Below are positions 47,946 to 59,260 of a DNA stretch of 64,000 nucleotides, piece after piece; within the stretch, counting starts at the first letter, position 1, and the number at the start of each line of letters is the position of its first letter. The stretch spans positions 20,454-84,453 of the forward strand of contig ONFG01000004.1 of NCBI GenBank assembly GCA_900317025.1, read 5' to 3'. A program made the translations under genes and the position numbers. The notes under the pieces were generated by a model. The model did no database searches and was not told where the DNA came from. It saw only the letters and a program-made list of their open reading frames with translations. This DNA comes from an uncultured Eubacteriales bacterium (GTDB taxonomy: Bacteria; Bacillota; Clostridia; Oscillospirales; Acutalibacteraceae).

Positions 47946-48917
47946 TTAAGGTATCTGATTTTTGCGCCTGCTGTTTTTCATGATACGCGCCATATTAGGA
48001 TCCTGAACGGCGCCGATAGTGTCAACGTCGTTGTAGTAGATCGTCCCCATTGTGTTGGCCTCGTCCACCATTTCGGAATACCTCATAGCGGCGACCGAAA
48101 TGCAGAACGGAACAAGACCTCTGATGTAAGCCAGCGCAAGGCTCACATAAATGTACATCGGCTCAAGATTTATCCCGAAGCCGCTGAACGCATCTTTATA
48201 GCAGTAGTAGAAAAATGTCATTCCGCCGGCGACAAAAAGCAGCGCCACCGAGATCGAGATCGAAAAAACTCCGTAGGTGTGAGCGCCCTTGTTTCTAGCT
48301 ACCGAATTCACAAGCGTCAGCCTGAGAGATTTTACAAACTCCGTCTGAGTCTGAGAATACCAGATCATAATAATAAGAACCACACAAACGAGTGCTGTTG
48401 CCAGCAGGATGGTTACCTTATAGGCTGAGATCTGGCTGACTGTAACGTTGAAAAGCTTCCCAATCTCCTCGAAAAACTCAGGCTTTTTAAAAGCAAAGAG
48501 AACGAGGAAGAAAGCCGCAAAGACAAAGCAGAGCGAGAAAAAAAAGAGCTGCAGCATCGACAGCGCATAGCTTACCGAAAGACTGATGTCCGGAGAGGCC
48601 TCGTAGCTTGGGTCGCGGCTCGAGAAAAAGAAGCTCAGAAATACGAAGATAAAGATCAGCGCCGCAAGACTTGAAAGTATCATAAAGGTGCTTTCAACCA
48701 TCTCAACTCCAAGATCGGGGCTGATCTTCGAGGTGACTAGCTTTAAAAGAGTTACCTCAAGCGGCTCGTTTTTTGTGATAGAAAGATAACCGATACCTAA
48801 AACGTGAAGAAAAAGAAGGATCGGGATTATGATAATTACGGGCTTTCCTCCGAACTTTTTAACGAGAAGGAAATTCCGTTCGTAGTTGTTAGACGGGTGG
48901 TACATATCGTTACCCAT
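47946..48917 (-). CDS. Multi-pass membrane protein, paralog of 7440..8747
   Basis: 323 aa, SD GGAGGTG, at least 6 TM helices. It shares the block SQT.F.KS..LT....KGA..YG..SI with the 7.4-kb ORF. Confidence 0.8.
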   Translation of the reverse strand: MGNDMYHPSNNYERNFLLVKKFGGKPVIIIIPILLFLHVLGIGYLSITKNEPLEVTLLKLVTSKISPDLGVEMVESTFMILSSLAALIFIFVFLSFFFSSRDPSYEASPDISLSVSYALSMLQLFFFSLCFVFAAFFLVLFAFKKPEFFEEIGKLFNVTVSQISAYKVTILLATALVCVVLIIMIWYSQTQTEFVKSLRLTLVNSVARNKGAHTYGVFSISISVALLFVAGGMTFFYYCYKDAFSGFGINLEPMYIYVSLALAYIRGLVPFCISVAAMRYSEMVDEANTMGTIYYNDVDTIGAVQDPNMARIMKNSRRKNQIP

Positions 48918-49169
48918 GAACGCACCTCCGAAATAATTCCCAAAAAAACAGAAACGTCCATTAAATTATTAAAAAACAATTTCTATGATTACATTTTAGT
49001 GTATTTCTCAGGGAATTACAATAGTTTTCTATAAATTAAGTTCTTTTTTGCGAAAATTTATCATTATACACATTAAAACCACTTTGTTTATGATCTTTTT
49101 TATGGTCTAACAGGGTGCTTTTGTAATCAATTTGAAGTATAGTTTTCAACATTCATTAGGGAGGATGTT

Positions 49170-49215
49170 GAAAAAAGAGCGAAAAAGATCGCCGAGCTAT
49201 TATGCATCGGCGATC
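49170..49215 (-). terminator. Rho-independent terminator of the DUF1846 gene
   Basis: GATCGCCGA / TCGGCGATC stem (49187-49215), followed on the minus strand by TTTTTCGCTCTTTTTT. Confidence 0.8.
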
Positions 49216-49232
49216 AAAATAAAACTAAATTA

Positions 49233-50717
49233 TTATCTGTGATATAGTTTATCGGACTCATACTGTGGCTCACAGGTGAGGTCGATGCCGAGCCTGCGGA
49301 AGATGTCCATATCCTCCTGCGAGAGGATAACGACGGAATGCACCTGAGTACCCTTGAGCTTCGATACCTGTTCGAGAGCAAGCTTTGCGTTTGAGTCGTT
49401 TTCGGCGCTGACAGAAAGCGCCACAAGCACCTCGTCAACGTGCATTCTCGGGTTCTGGTTCTTCATTACGTTCGTTTTGAGGTTCTGAATAGCTCTAACT
49501 ACCTCCTTTGGAAGCAGAAGCACCTCGTCGTCGATGTCGGCGAGAGTTTTGAGTGCGTTGAGCATCATAGAGCATACGGCACCGAGAAGGTCGGTCGTTT
49601 TGCCCGTTACGATCCTGCCGTCGTTAAGCTCGATCGCTGCGACCGGATCGTGGTAATTCTCCGAGAATTTATTTGCAACGGCAGCTACCTTGCGGTCGTC
49701 CTTCGTGATTTCAAGGCGGTTCATAAGCATCTCGATCTTCTTTACCTCGCCGAGAGCCGTTCCCGTTACCTTGTTTTTAACAAGCGCTGCATAATAGCGC
49801 CTGATGATCTCCTGACGTGAAGCTTCGCGAATGACCTCGTCGTTGGTAATTGCGAAGCCGACCATATTTACGCCCATATCGGTAGGCGACTTGTACGGAG
49901 ACTCGCCGTAAATTTTGGTGAATATTGCGTTGAGAACTGGGAATACCTCGACGTCGCGGTTGTAGTTTACCGTTGTCTTGCCGTAGGCCTGCAAATGCCA
50001 AGGGTCGATCATGTTTACATCGTTTAAGTCGGCAGTTGCCGCCTCGTAGGCGAGGTTGATCGGGTGCATAAGCTCCATGCTCCAAACGGGGAACGTCTCA
50101 TACTTTGCGTAGCCTGCCTTAACGCCTCTCTTGTTCTCGTGGTAGAGCTGAGAAAGGCACGTTGCCATCTTGCCACTGCCGGGGCCGGGCGCAGTTACAA
50201 CGACGAGCGGGCGGGAGGTTACGATGTAGTCGTTCTTGCCAAAGCCCTCTTCGCTTACGATAAACTGTGGGTTTGACGGGTAGCCGTCAATGATATAGTG
50301 AAGGTATACCTTGATTCCGAGGTTTTCAAGGCGAGCCTTAAACTTGTCTGCGGAAGGTTCGTGATTGTACTGCGTTATAACGACGCTGCTTACGTAAAGG
50401 CCGATCTCCGTAAGCTTGTCCATAAGGCGAAGGATATCCATGTCATATGTGATGCCGATATCGCTGCGCATCTTGTTCTGCTCGATCGCGGAGGCGTTGA
50501 TGGCAAAAATGATCTCCGTCTTTTCCTTGAGCTTCAGAAGCATTCTAACCTTGCTGTCCGGCTCGAATCCGGGAAGCACACGCGAGGCGTGGTAGTCGTC
50601 AAAGAGCTTGCCGCCGAACTCCATGTAGAGCTTGCCGCCGAAGCTGCCGATCCTCTCGAGGATCTTTTCCGACTGAAGCTGAAGATACTTGTCGTTGTCA
50701 AAACCTTTTTTATTCAT
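49233..50717 (-). CDS. UPF0371 / DUF1846 family protein
   Basis: 494 aa. The N-terminus FDNDKYLQLQSEKILERI...KLYMEFGGKLFDDYHASRVLPGFEPD matches my recollection of the DUF1846 family. Confidence 0.8.
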   Translation of the reverse strand: MNKKGFDNDKYLQLQSEKILERIGSFGGKLYMEFGGKLFDDYHASRVLPGFEPDSKVRMLLKLKEKTEIIFAINASAIEQNKMRSDIGITYDMDILRLMDKLTEIGLYVSSVVITQYNHEPSADKFKARLENLGIKVYLHYIIDGYPSNPQFIVSEEGFGKNDYIVTSRPLVVVTAPGPGSGKMATCLSQLYHENKRGVKAGYAKYETFPVWSMELMHPINLAYEAATADLNDVNMIDPWHLQAYGKTTVNYNRDVEVFPVLNAIFTKIYGESPYKSPTDMGVNMVGFAITNDEVIREASRQEIIRRYYAALVKNKVTGTALGEVKKIEMLMNRLEITKDDRKVAAVANKFSENYHDPVAAIELNDGRIVTGKTTDLLGAVCSMMLNALKTLADIDDEVLLLPKEVVRAIQNLKTNVMKNQNPRMHVDEVLVALSVSAENDSNAKLALEQVSKLKGTQVHSVVILSQEDMDIFRRLGIDLTCEPQYESDKLYHR

Positions 50718-51138
50718 CGTACACCCACTCTTTTTCTAATTATCCATTACACATTTCAAAAAGAAATACAACAGAGTAATTATATCACAACACCTTTCCT
50801 TAAATCAACGCCGTTCATCCAAGTGTAACCAATTGTAAATATTGCGGGGTGTCCCCGCTGACAGTACGCGTTTTTATACTAATTTCAAATTAAAAGCTTT
50901 AATTTGAAATGCGCGTGTAGTGGCGCCCGGCGCCCCTGTTTTGTTGGAAGTGAAGCTGTATATTCGTACGCGCAGCCCGCTTTAACGTAATTGTGAATTG
51001 ATTGTAAACAAATCGGTGATACAAAAATAAGTAGTGATTTTTTCTTGATTATGTGGTACAATTATCATAGGTATGTACGGGGTAAAATAATATAGATATA
51101 TTAAGAGCTTCGTATAATGAATTTATGAGGTGATAAAA

Positions 51139-54045
<2,907 letters not shown>

Positions 54046-54050
54046 AATTT

Positions 54051-54079
54051 TCACCCCGGCGGGATTTTCCCGTCGGGGT
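54051..54079 (+). terminator. Probable terminator hairpin after secA
   Basis: CACCCCGGCGGGA / TCCCGTCGGGGTG 13-bp stem. The T-run comes only about 15 nt downstream. Confidence 0.55.
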
Positions 54080-54122
54080 GGTTGCGTGATGAGTTATTTT
54101 TTGTAAAATTTTGATTTAATAC

Positions 54123-54151
54123 TTGTACTGCAAAGAGTTTTAGTTTATAAT
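54123..54151 (+). promoter_or_regulatory. Sigma-A type promoter (TTGTAC-17-TATAAT) upstream of mreB
   Basis: TTGTAC at 54123-54128 and TATAAT at 54146-54151. Confidence 0.55.
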
Positions 54152-54287
54152 AGATACATAAATGTAATTTTTTTAAAACATCAGTGTAACGGTTGTAAAA
54201 TCCGGTGTAACTTTAATTCTTTTAAGAAAAGAATAACGGAAGAAAACATCTGCATCATGTATTACGAGCGTGAAAGGAAAGATCGAA

Positions 54288-55292
54288 ATGTTTGCAAGAG
54301 ATATAGGTATAGACCTTGGTACGGCTAATACGCTTGTCTACCTTAAAGGTAAGGGCGTAGTTATGCGCGAGCCGTCGGTCGTTGCGGTAGATACAAGAAA
54401 CGACGATGTTCTTGCAGTAGGAACACAGGCTAAGGATATGATCGGCAGAACGCCCGGCTCGATCGTTGCGGTGCGTCCGCTTCGTGACGGCGTCATCGCC
54501 GACTTTGATATCACGGCGACTATGCTTGAAAAGTTCATCAAGAGTACGACCCACACCGGCGTGTTCAGCCACCCCAAGATAGTTATCGCTTTGCCTTCCG
54601 GCGTTACCGAGGTAGAGCGCAGAGCTGTTGAAGACGCAGCCGAGAGCGCGGGCGGCAGAAACATCGAGCTTATGGAAGAGCCGATGGCGGCGGCGCTCGG
54701 TGCAGATCTGCCTGTTTTTGAGGCTGTAGGATCAATGGTCGTTGATATTGGCGGCGGCACGAGCGAGGTCGCAGTTATCAGCTACGGCGACATCGTCCAC
54801 TCTTGCTCAGTAAGAGTGGCGGGCGACAAGTTTGATGAGGCGATAATCGCATTCATCAAGAAAAACCACAACGTTTCCATTGGCGAGCGCACCGCCGAAG
54901 ACGTTAAGATACTGATCGGTTCGGCGTTCCCTTATGAAAACGAAGAGCCTATCGAGATCAAGGGCAGAAACCTTGCCGACGGTATGCCGCTCAACGTAAA
55001 GGTAACTCCCGCCGAGATAAGAGACGCGCTTGCAGACTGCTTTGCAGTTATCATCGATGGCATAAAGCAGACGCTCGAGCAGACTCCTCCGGAGCTTTGC
55101 GCCGATATCCTCGACAGAGGCATCGTTCTCACGGGCGGCGGAGCACTCATCAGAGGGCTTGACAAGCTCATCTCGAGAGAGACGAATATCCCCGTTTATG
55201 TTGCGGAAAACCCGCTCGACTGCGTGGTACTCGGCACTGGCAAGCGCCTTGAAATGGACGAGGAGCAGGATTATTTCGGCGATTATGAGTGA
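54288..55292 (+). CDS. mreB: Rod shape-determining protein MreB
   Basis: ORF 54270..55292 trimmed to ATG 54288 (MFARDIGIDLGTANTLVY...) with SD GAAAGGAAAG. It has the actin-fold phosphate motifs. Confidence 0.95.
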   Translation: MFARDIGIDLGTANTLVYLKGKGVVMREPSVVAVDTRNDDVLAVGTQAKDMIGRTPGSIVAVRPLRDGVIADFDITATMLEKFIKSTTHTGVFSHPKIVIALPSGVTEVERRAVEDAAESAGGRNIELMEEPMAAALGADLPVFEAVGSMVVDIGGGTSEVAVISYGDIVHSCSVRVAGDKFDEAIIAFIKKNHNVSIGERTAEDVKILIGSAFPYENEEPIEIKGRNLADGMPLNVKVTPAEIRDALADCFAVIIDGIKQTLEQTPPELCADILDRGIVLTGGGALIRGLDKLISRETNIPVYVAENPLDCVVLGTGKRLEMDEEQDYFGDYE

Positions 55293-55554
55293 TGCGGAGA
55301 AGTTTCTCGTCGTTAAGAAATATGTCGACGAGTGCGACGCATTTTCTCTGCTTGCGGGGGGCGCTCCGAGAGATGAATACGATGTCGGGTCAATAAGGAT
55401 AGCCGAGTGTATTTCAAAAGAGGATACGTCGAAATGGATAGCGGCAGTAATTGCAGGGGTAATGTCCGCTTCGTTTGACGAAGACGTTTCACCCGGGCTA
55501 CTTATCGAAGCGGCGGAGAAGATAAGATATGAGCTGCGAGAGGTTGCAGAATGA
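55285..55554 (+). CDS. Small cytoplasmic protein (89 aa), DUF1871/YugE-like, nested between mreB and mreC
   Basis: Internal ATG 55285 of ORF 55159..55554 (MSDAEKFLVVKKYVDECDAFSLLAGGAPRDEYDVGSIRIAECI...). The start overlaps the mreB stop by 8 nt, and the stop overlaps the mreC start as ATGA. The family call is memory-based. Confidence 0.6.
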   Translation: MSDAEKFLVVKKYVDECDAFSLLAGGAPRDEYDVGSIRIAECISKEDTSKWIAAVIAGVMSASFDEDVSPGLLIEAAEKIRYELREVAE

Positions 55555-56411
55555 AAGAACACGATCACGCAAAAAAAATACTAACGACGACGCTCGTTGT
55601 TTTGCTCGTTACGGCAGCGGTAACGGCGGCGGTCGATAAAAATATATTTGTCGATTTTTACACGATGATCTCTAAGCCGTTTCAGCAGACGACGGCAGAG
55701 CTCTCCGGCGACCCGTCAGGCGGACGCTCAAAGGACGAACTGCTGAAGGAGAACAACGAGCTTCACGAAGAGGTAAATGACCTTGTGAGCCGTGTTATCG
55801 ACTACGATACGATAAAAAAAGAGAACGAGATACTCAGAAAATATTACGGTATAAAGGACGACCACCCCGACTACGGCGTAGCTGTGGCAAACGTTATCCG
55901 CCGTGACCCGAACGATGACTTTTACGGCTTCACCATCGACAAGGGCAGCCGCGACGACGTAAAGCGCGGCGACCCCGTTATCAACGACAGCGGGCTTGTC
56001 GGCTGGGTGAGCGAGGTGAGCGTTACCACAAGCAAGGTAACGACGCTGCTGTCTCCCGAGGCTAAGGTCGGCGCGATGGATCAGAAAACGCAGGACAGCG
56101 GCATCGCTACAGGGCGCGCTTCACTCGCAGACGAAGGTCAGCTCGTTCTTTCGGTGATCTCGGCTGACAATAAGATGAAAGAGGGCGACATCGTAATCAC
56201 AACGGGAGTAGGCGGAGTTTACCCCAAAAACCTTGTTGTGGGCAGAGTTGTAAAGCTCGACTATAACGAATTTGACACGACGCCCTACGCTGTTATCGAG
56301 CCTTTCGGCGACCTGAGAACTGTTTCCGACGTCGTTGTTATAACCTCGTTCGAGGGGCAGGGCGTTATTGAAGAGGCTGAAGAAACCGACACAGGTACTT
56401 CCGGAAAATAA
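55551..56411 (+). CDS. mreC: Rod shape-determining protein MreC
   Basis: 286 aa with an N-terminal TM, a coiled coil (ELLKENNELHEEVNDL) and beta-rich MreC domains (..GLVGWV.EV......V..L). Confidence 0.9.
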   Translation: MKEHDHAKKILTTTLVVLLVTAAVTAAVDKNIFVDFYTMISKPFQQTTAELSGDPSGGRSKDELLKENNELHEEVNDLVSRVIDYDTIKKENEILRKYYGIKDDHPDYGVAVANVIRRDPNDDFYGFTIDKGSRDDVKRGDPVINDSGLVGWVSEVSVTTSKVTTLLSPEAKVGAMDQKTQDSGIATGRASLADEGQLVLSVISADNKMKEGDIVITTGVGGVYPKNLVVGRVVKLDYNEFDTTPYAVIEPFGDLRTVSDVVVITSFEGQGVIEEAEETDTGTSGK

Positions 56412-56442
56412 TAAAGCATTTTGAGATCGAAAAGCGAGGTGA

Positions 56443-57045
56443 ATGCTCTTGGTGCCAAGAAAATATTACAGATATGCGCTCTACGCGGCGGAGCTGTTTT
56501 TGCTTTATGTTATCGAGGGTACGCCGGGGCTGATACCCGTTATCTACCACGCGAAGCCCCTGCTGCTCGTATCCATGGCTGTTTCTGCGGCGGCGTTTGA
56601 GCTGCCGTACTTTTCGCTTTTTTTCGGAGCTGCGTGCGGGCTTATTATCGACGTCGGCTCGGGCGGTCTTATGGGCTTGTCGTCAATGATACTTGGCTTT
56701 ATATGCTACTACGAATCAAGCTGGAACGATAAATACATAAAGAATAATATCTACCTGGTGCTTCTCTACAGTGCGGCAGCCTCGACTTTTATCGTGGGAT
56801 TAAAGTGGTTCGTGTTCAGCTTCATTCCCCAGTACGACGGCGTATTTGATATATTAAAGGAGCACTACGTAACGAGGGCGCTCTACACATGGGCGGTAAC
56901 GCCGCTTATTTATCTCATCACGATGGGAGTTTCAAGGGCGTTCACAAAAGAAAAGCGCAGGATAAAGGTAAAGAAAAGAAAGAGAGTCCCGCCGTCTATG
57001 CGCTCGAGCGCAAGCAGACGAAGAGCAAAAAAGGCGGATATATAA
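56443..57045 (+). CDS. mreD: Rod shape-determining protein MreD
   Basis: 200 aa with about 5 TM helices and a basic tail, in the position after mreC. The start is uncertain (ATG 56443, TTG 56449 or GTG 56452). Confidence 0.8.
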   Translation: MLLVPRKYYRYALYAAELFLLYVIEGTPGLIPVIYHAKPLLLVSMAVSAAAFELPYFSLFFGAACGLIIDVGSGGLMGLSSMILGFICYYESSWNDKYIKNNIYLVLLYSAAASTFIVGLKWFVFSFIPQYDGVFDILKEHYVTRALYTWAVTPLIYLITMGVSRAFTKEKRRIKVKKRKRVPPSMRSSASRRRAKKADI

Positions 57046-57078
57046 ACACAAAACAAACTCAAAGAAAGGAGTCTGAGA

Positions 57079-59076
57079 ATGCGTAAGACAGAGCTTAACA
57101 ACAGCACAACGAGCGTCAGAGCGGCGGTCTGCGCGCTTCTTACAGTGGCGATCTTCGCAGCCTTTGCGGTAAGGCTCTTTTCGTGGCAGATAATCAAAAG
57201 CGACGATTACCAGGACGACGCTCTCTCATCGGCTTCGTACACTATGACGACAGAAGCCGCAAGGGGAGAGATACTCGACCGCAACGGTAAGGAGCTTGCC
57301 GTGAATGACGCGGGCTACATGATAATCTTTAACAAGCTCTACATGAAGGAGGGCAGCGAGAACGAGGTCATCAATAAGCTTATCGGTTTGATGAACATTC
57401 GCCACGAAGCGTGGATAGACGCGCTGCCTATATATATAGATGAAAACGGAGCGTACAGCTTCAAGGAGGGCAACGAGGCGACAGTCGACTTCATCAAGAG
57501 TAAGGCTATGCTCGACATGAACAAGTACGCCACCGCCGCCGACTGCATGAGCGCTTTTGAGGAGCGTTTCGACCTTGAAGAAAGCGACTATACCCCGCAG
57601 GAAAAGCGCGACATAATCAGCGTGCGCTACAATATGGAGTTCAAGGGCTACTCAAATTCAACGCCCTATCGCTTTGCCGAGAATATCAGCCGCGATATGA
57701 TCGCGATAGTTCTCGAAAACTCGCAGGGCTTTCCCGGCGTTGAGTGCGCAAGCACTTTTTTCCGTTTTTATAAGGAAGGCTCGCTTATCCCGCACCTGAT
57801 TGGAACGGTAGGCGCTATCTCGCAGGACGAGTACGACAGCCTCAAAGACAAGGGCTACACCCTCGACGACATCGTCGGCAAAAGTGGCATAGAGTCTGCT
57901 CTTGAGGAAAACCTCAAGGGTACAGGCGGCGAGAAGAGGATAACTAAGACCTCCGACGGCGCGATAGTCGACGAGGTCGAAACGGTCAGGGCCGTTCCGG
58001 GAGATACGGTCTACCTTACGATAGACTCAAAGCTCCAGGAGGCGACAAACAAGGCGCTCGCAAAGAACGTTACGGAGGCGGGAAAGAATTACTCCGACTG
58101 CGTTGCGGGAGCGGCGGTAATGCTCGACGTGAACGACTTCTCTGTCCTTGCCTGCTCGACCTACCCGTCGTTTGACGTACAGAAGTACATGACGGACGAG
58201 AAGTATTATACTCAGCTCATCACAGACGAAAAGCTCCCGCTCTTTGACAGAGCGCTCACGGGTAATTTCATCGTCGGCTCGACGTTCAAGCCGTGTGTTG
58301 CGGCGGCGGGTCTTGAAGAGGGAGTTATAACGAGCAGCTCGACGATCTTTTGCAGCCAGAATTACGACTACTACAAAACCGATATCATCAAGTGTATGGG
58401 CTACCATTCTTCACAGAACGTGGAACAGGCGCTTGCAAATTCCTGCAACTACTATTTTGCGGAGGTCGGCAGAAGGCTCGGCATCGAATCGATGGATTTC
58501 TACGCCGAGAAATTTGGTTTGGGAGTAAACACGGGCATAGAGATCTACGAGAGCAGAGGTATCCTCGCCGGAAGAGATTCCGAGATATGGTACGAGGGAA
58601 ATACCTGCCAGGCTGCTATCGGTCAGTCCGATAACGCGTTTACGCCGATACAGCTCGCGACCTACGCCGCGACTGTCGCAAACGACGGAGTAAGGCTTCG
58701 CACCCACTTCGTCGATAAGATAACGGACTACACGAAGAACGAAACGAAGCTTGACAATTCCCTGCAGCCAGAGGTGGTTGAAACGGTAGGCGTTTCGACC
58801 GAGAATATGAGGACGGTCAAGTCCGGTATGCGAAAGGTAGTTACCTCGGGAACGGCGAAGGATGTCTTCGCGAAATACAAGGTAGCTATCGCCGCAAAAA
58901 CGGGAACTGCCGAGAATATCGGCAGCGACAACGTGACCTTCATCGCGTTTGCACCTTACGATGACCCGCAGGTAGCTCTTGCCGTGGTGATAGAGCACGG
59001 CGGCAACGGCAAATACTCGATGAACACCGCAAAAGCAATGCTTGACGCATACTTTGCCGAAACGCAGAAACGATAA
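57079..59076 (+). CDS. mrdA: Penicillin-binding protein 2 (elongasome transpeptidase)
   Basis: 665 aa with an N-terminal TM, a PBP dimerisation domain and the transpeptidase motifs STFK, SSQN and KTGTA. Confidence 0.92.
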   Translation: MRKTELNNSTTSVRAAVCALLTVAIFAAFAVRLFSWQIIKSDDYQDDALSSASYTMTTEAARGEILDRNGKELAVNDAGYMIIFNKLYMKEGSENEVINKLIGLMNIRHEAWIDALPIYIDENGAYSFKEGNEATVDFIKSKAMLDMNKYATAADCMSAFEERFDLEESDYTPQEKRDIISVRYNMEFKGYSNSTPYRFAENISRDMIAIVLENSQGFPGVECASTFFRFYKEGSLIPHLIGTVGAISQDEYDSLKDKGYTLDDIVGKSGIESALEENLKGTGGEKRITKTSDGAIVDEVETVRAVPGDTVYLTIDSKLQEATNKALAKNVTEAGKNYSDCVAGAAVMLDVNDFSVLACSTYPSFDVQKYMTDEKYYTQLITDEKLPLFDRALTGNFIVGSTFKPCVAAAGLEEGVITSSSTIFCSQNYDYYKTDIIKCMGYHSSQNVEQALANSCNYYFAEVGRRLGIESMDFYAEKFGLGVNTGIEIYESRGILAGRDSEIWYEGNTCQAAIGQSDNAFTPIQLATYAATVANDGVRLRTHFVDKITDYTKNETKLDNSLQPEVVETVGVSTENMRTVKSGMRKVVTSGTAKDVFAKYKVAIAAKTGTAENIGSDNVTFIAFAPYDDPQVALAVVIEHGGNGKYSMNTAKAMLDAYFAETQKR

Positions 59077-59204
59077 TGCGCTTCACGCACAAAAACTATA
59101 AAACTAATAAAGAAGGCTTGCTGGGCGAGACTAGCCGCGCGGGACGAAAATCGTGTAAAAGTCGAGCTAACAACGCGAGCTGCTCCCGGGCGCACGCCCG
59201 GCGG

Positions 59205-59233
59205 TTGACAAGGGTAGATCGGTGTAATATACT
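59205..59233 (+). promoter_or_regulatory. Sigma-A type promoter (TTGACA-17-TATACT)
   Basis: TTGACA at 59205-59210 and TATACT at 59228-59233. A GC hairpin, CCGGGC/GCCCGG, abuts the -35 element. Confidence 0.6.
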
Positions 59234-59260
59234 ATAGATATAAGACGAAAGGACGCTAGT

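Noticed and set aside
49141-49232. Hairpin TTTTCAACAT/ATGTTGAAAA enclosing AGGGAGG followed by a 25-codon ORF (MLKKERKRSPSYYASAIKIKLNYYL)
   Set aside because: The SD abuts the ATG with no spacing. The ORF runs through the terminator of the DUF1846 gene on the other strand and has no protein-like features. It is most likely part of the terminator/spacer structure.
54807-55568. 253-aa minus-strand ORF across mreB and the small ORF
   Set aside because: It is antisense to mreB and Ser-rich with low complexity.
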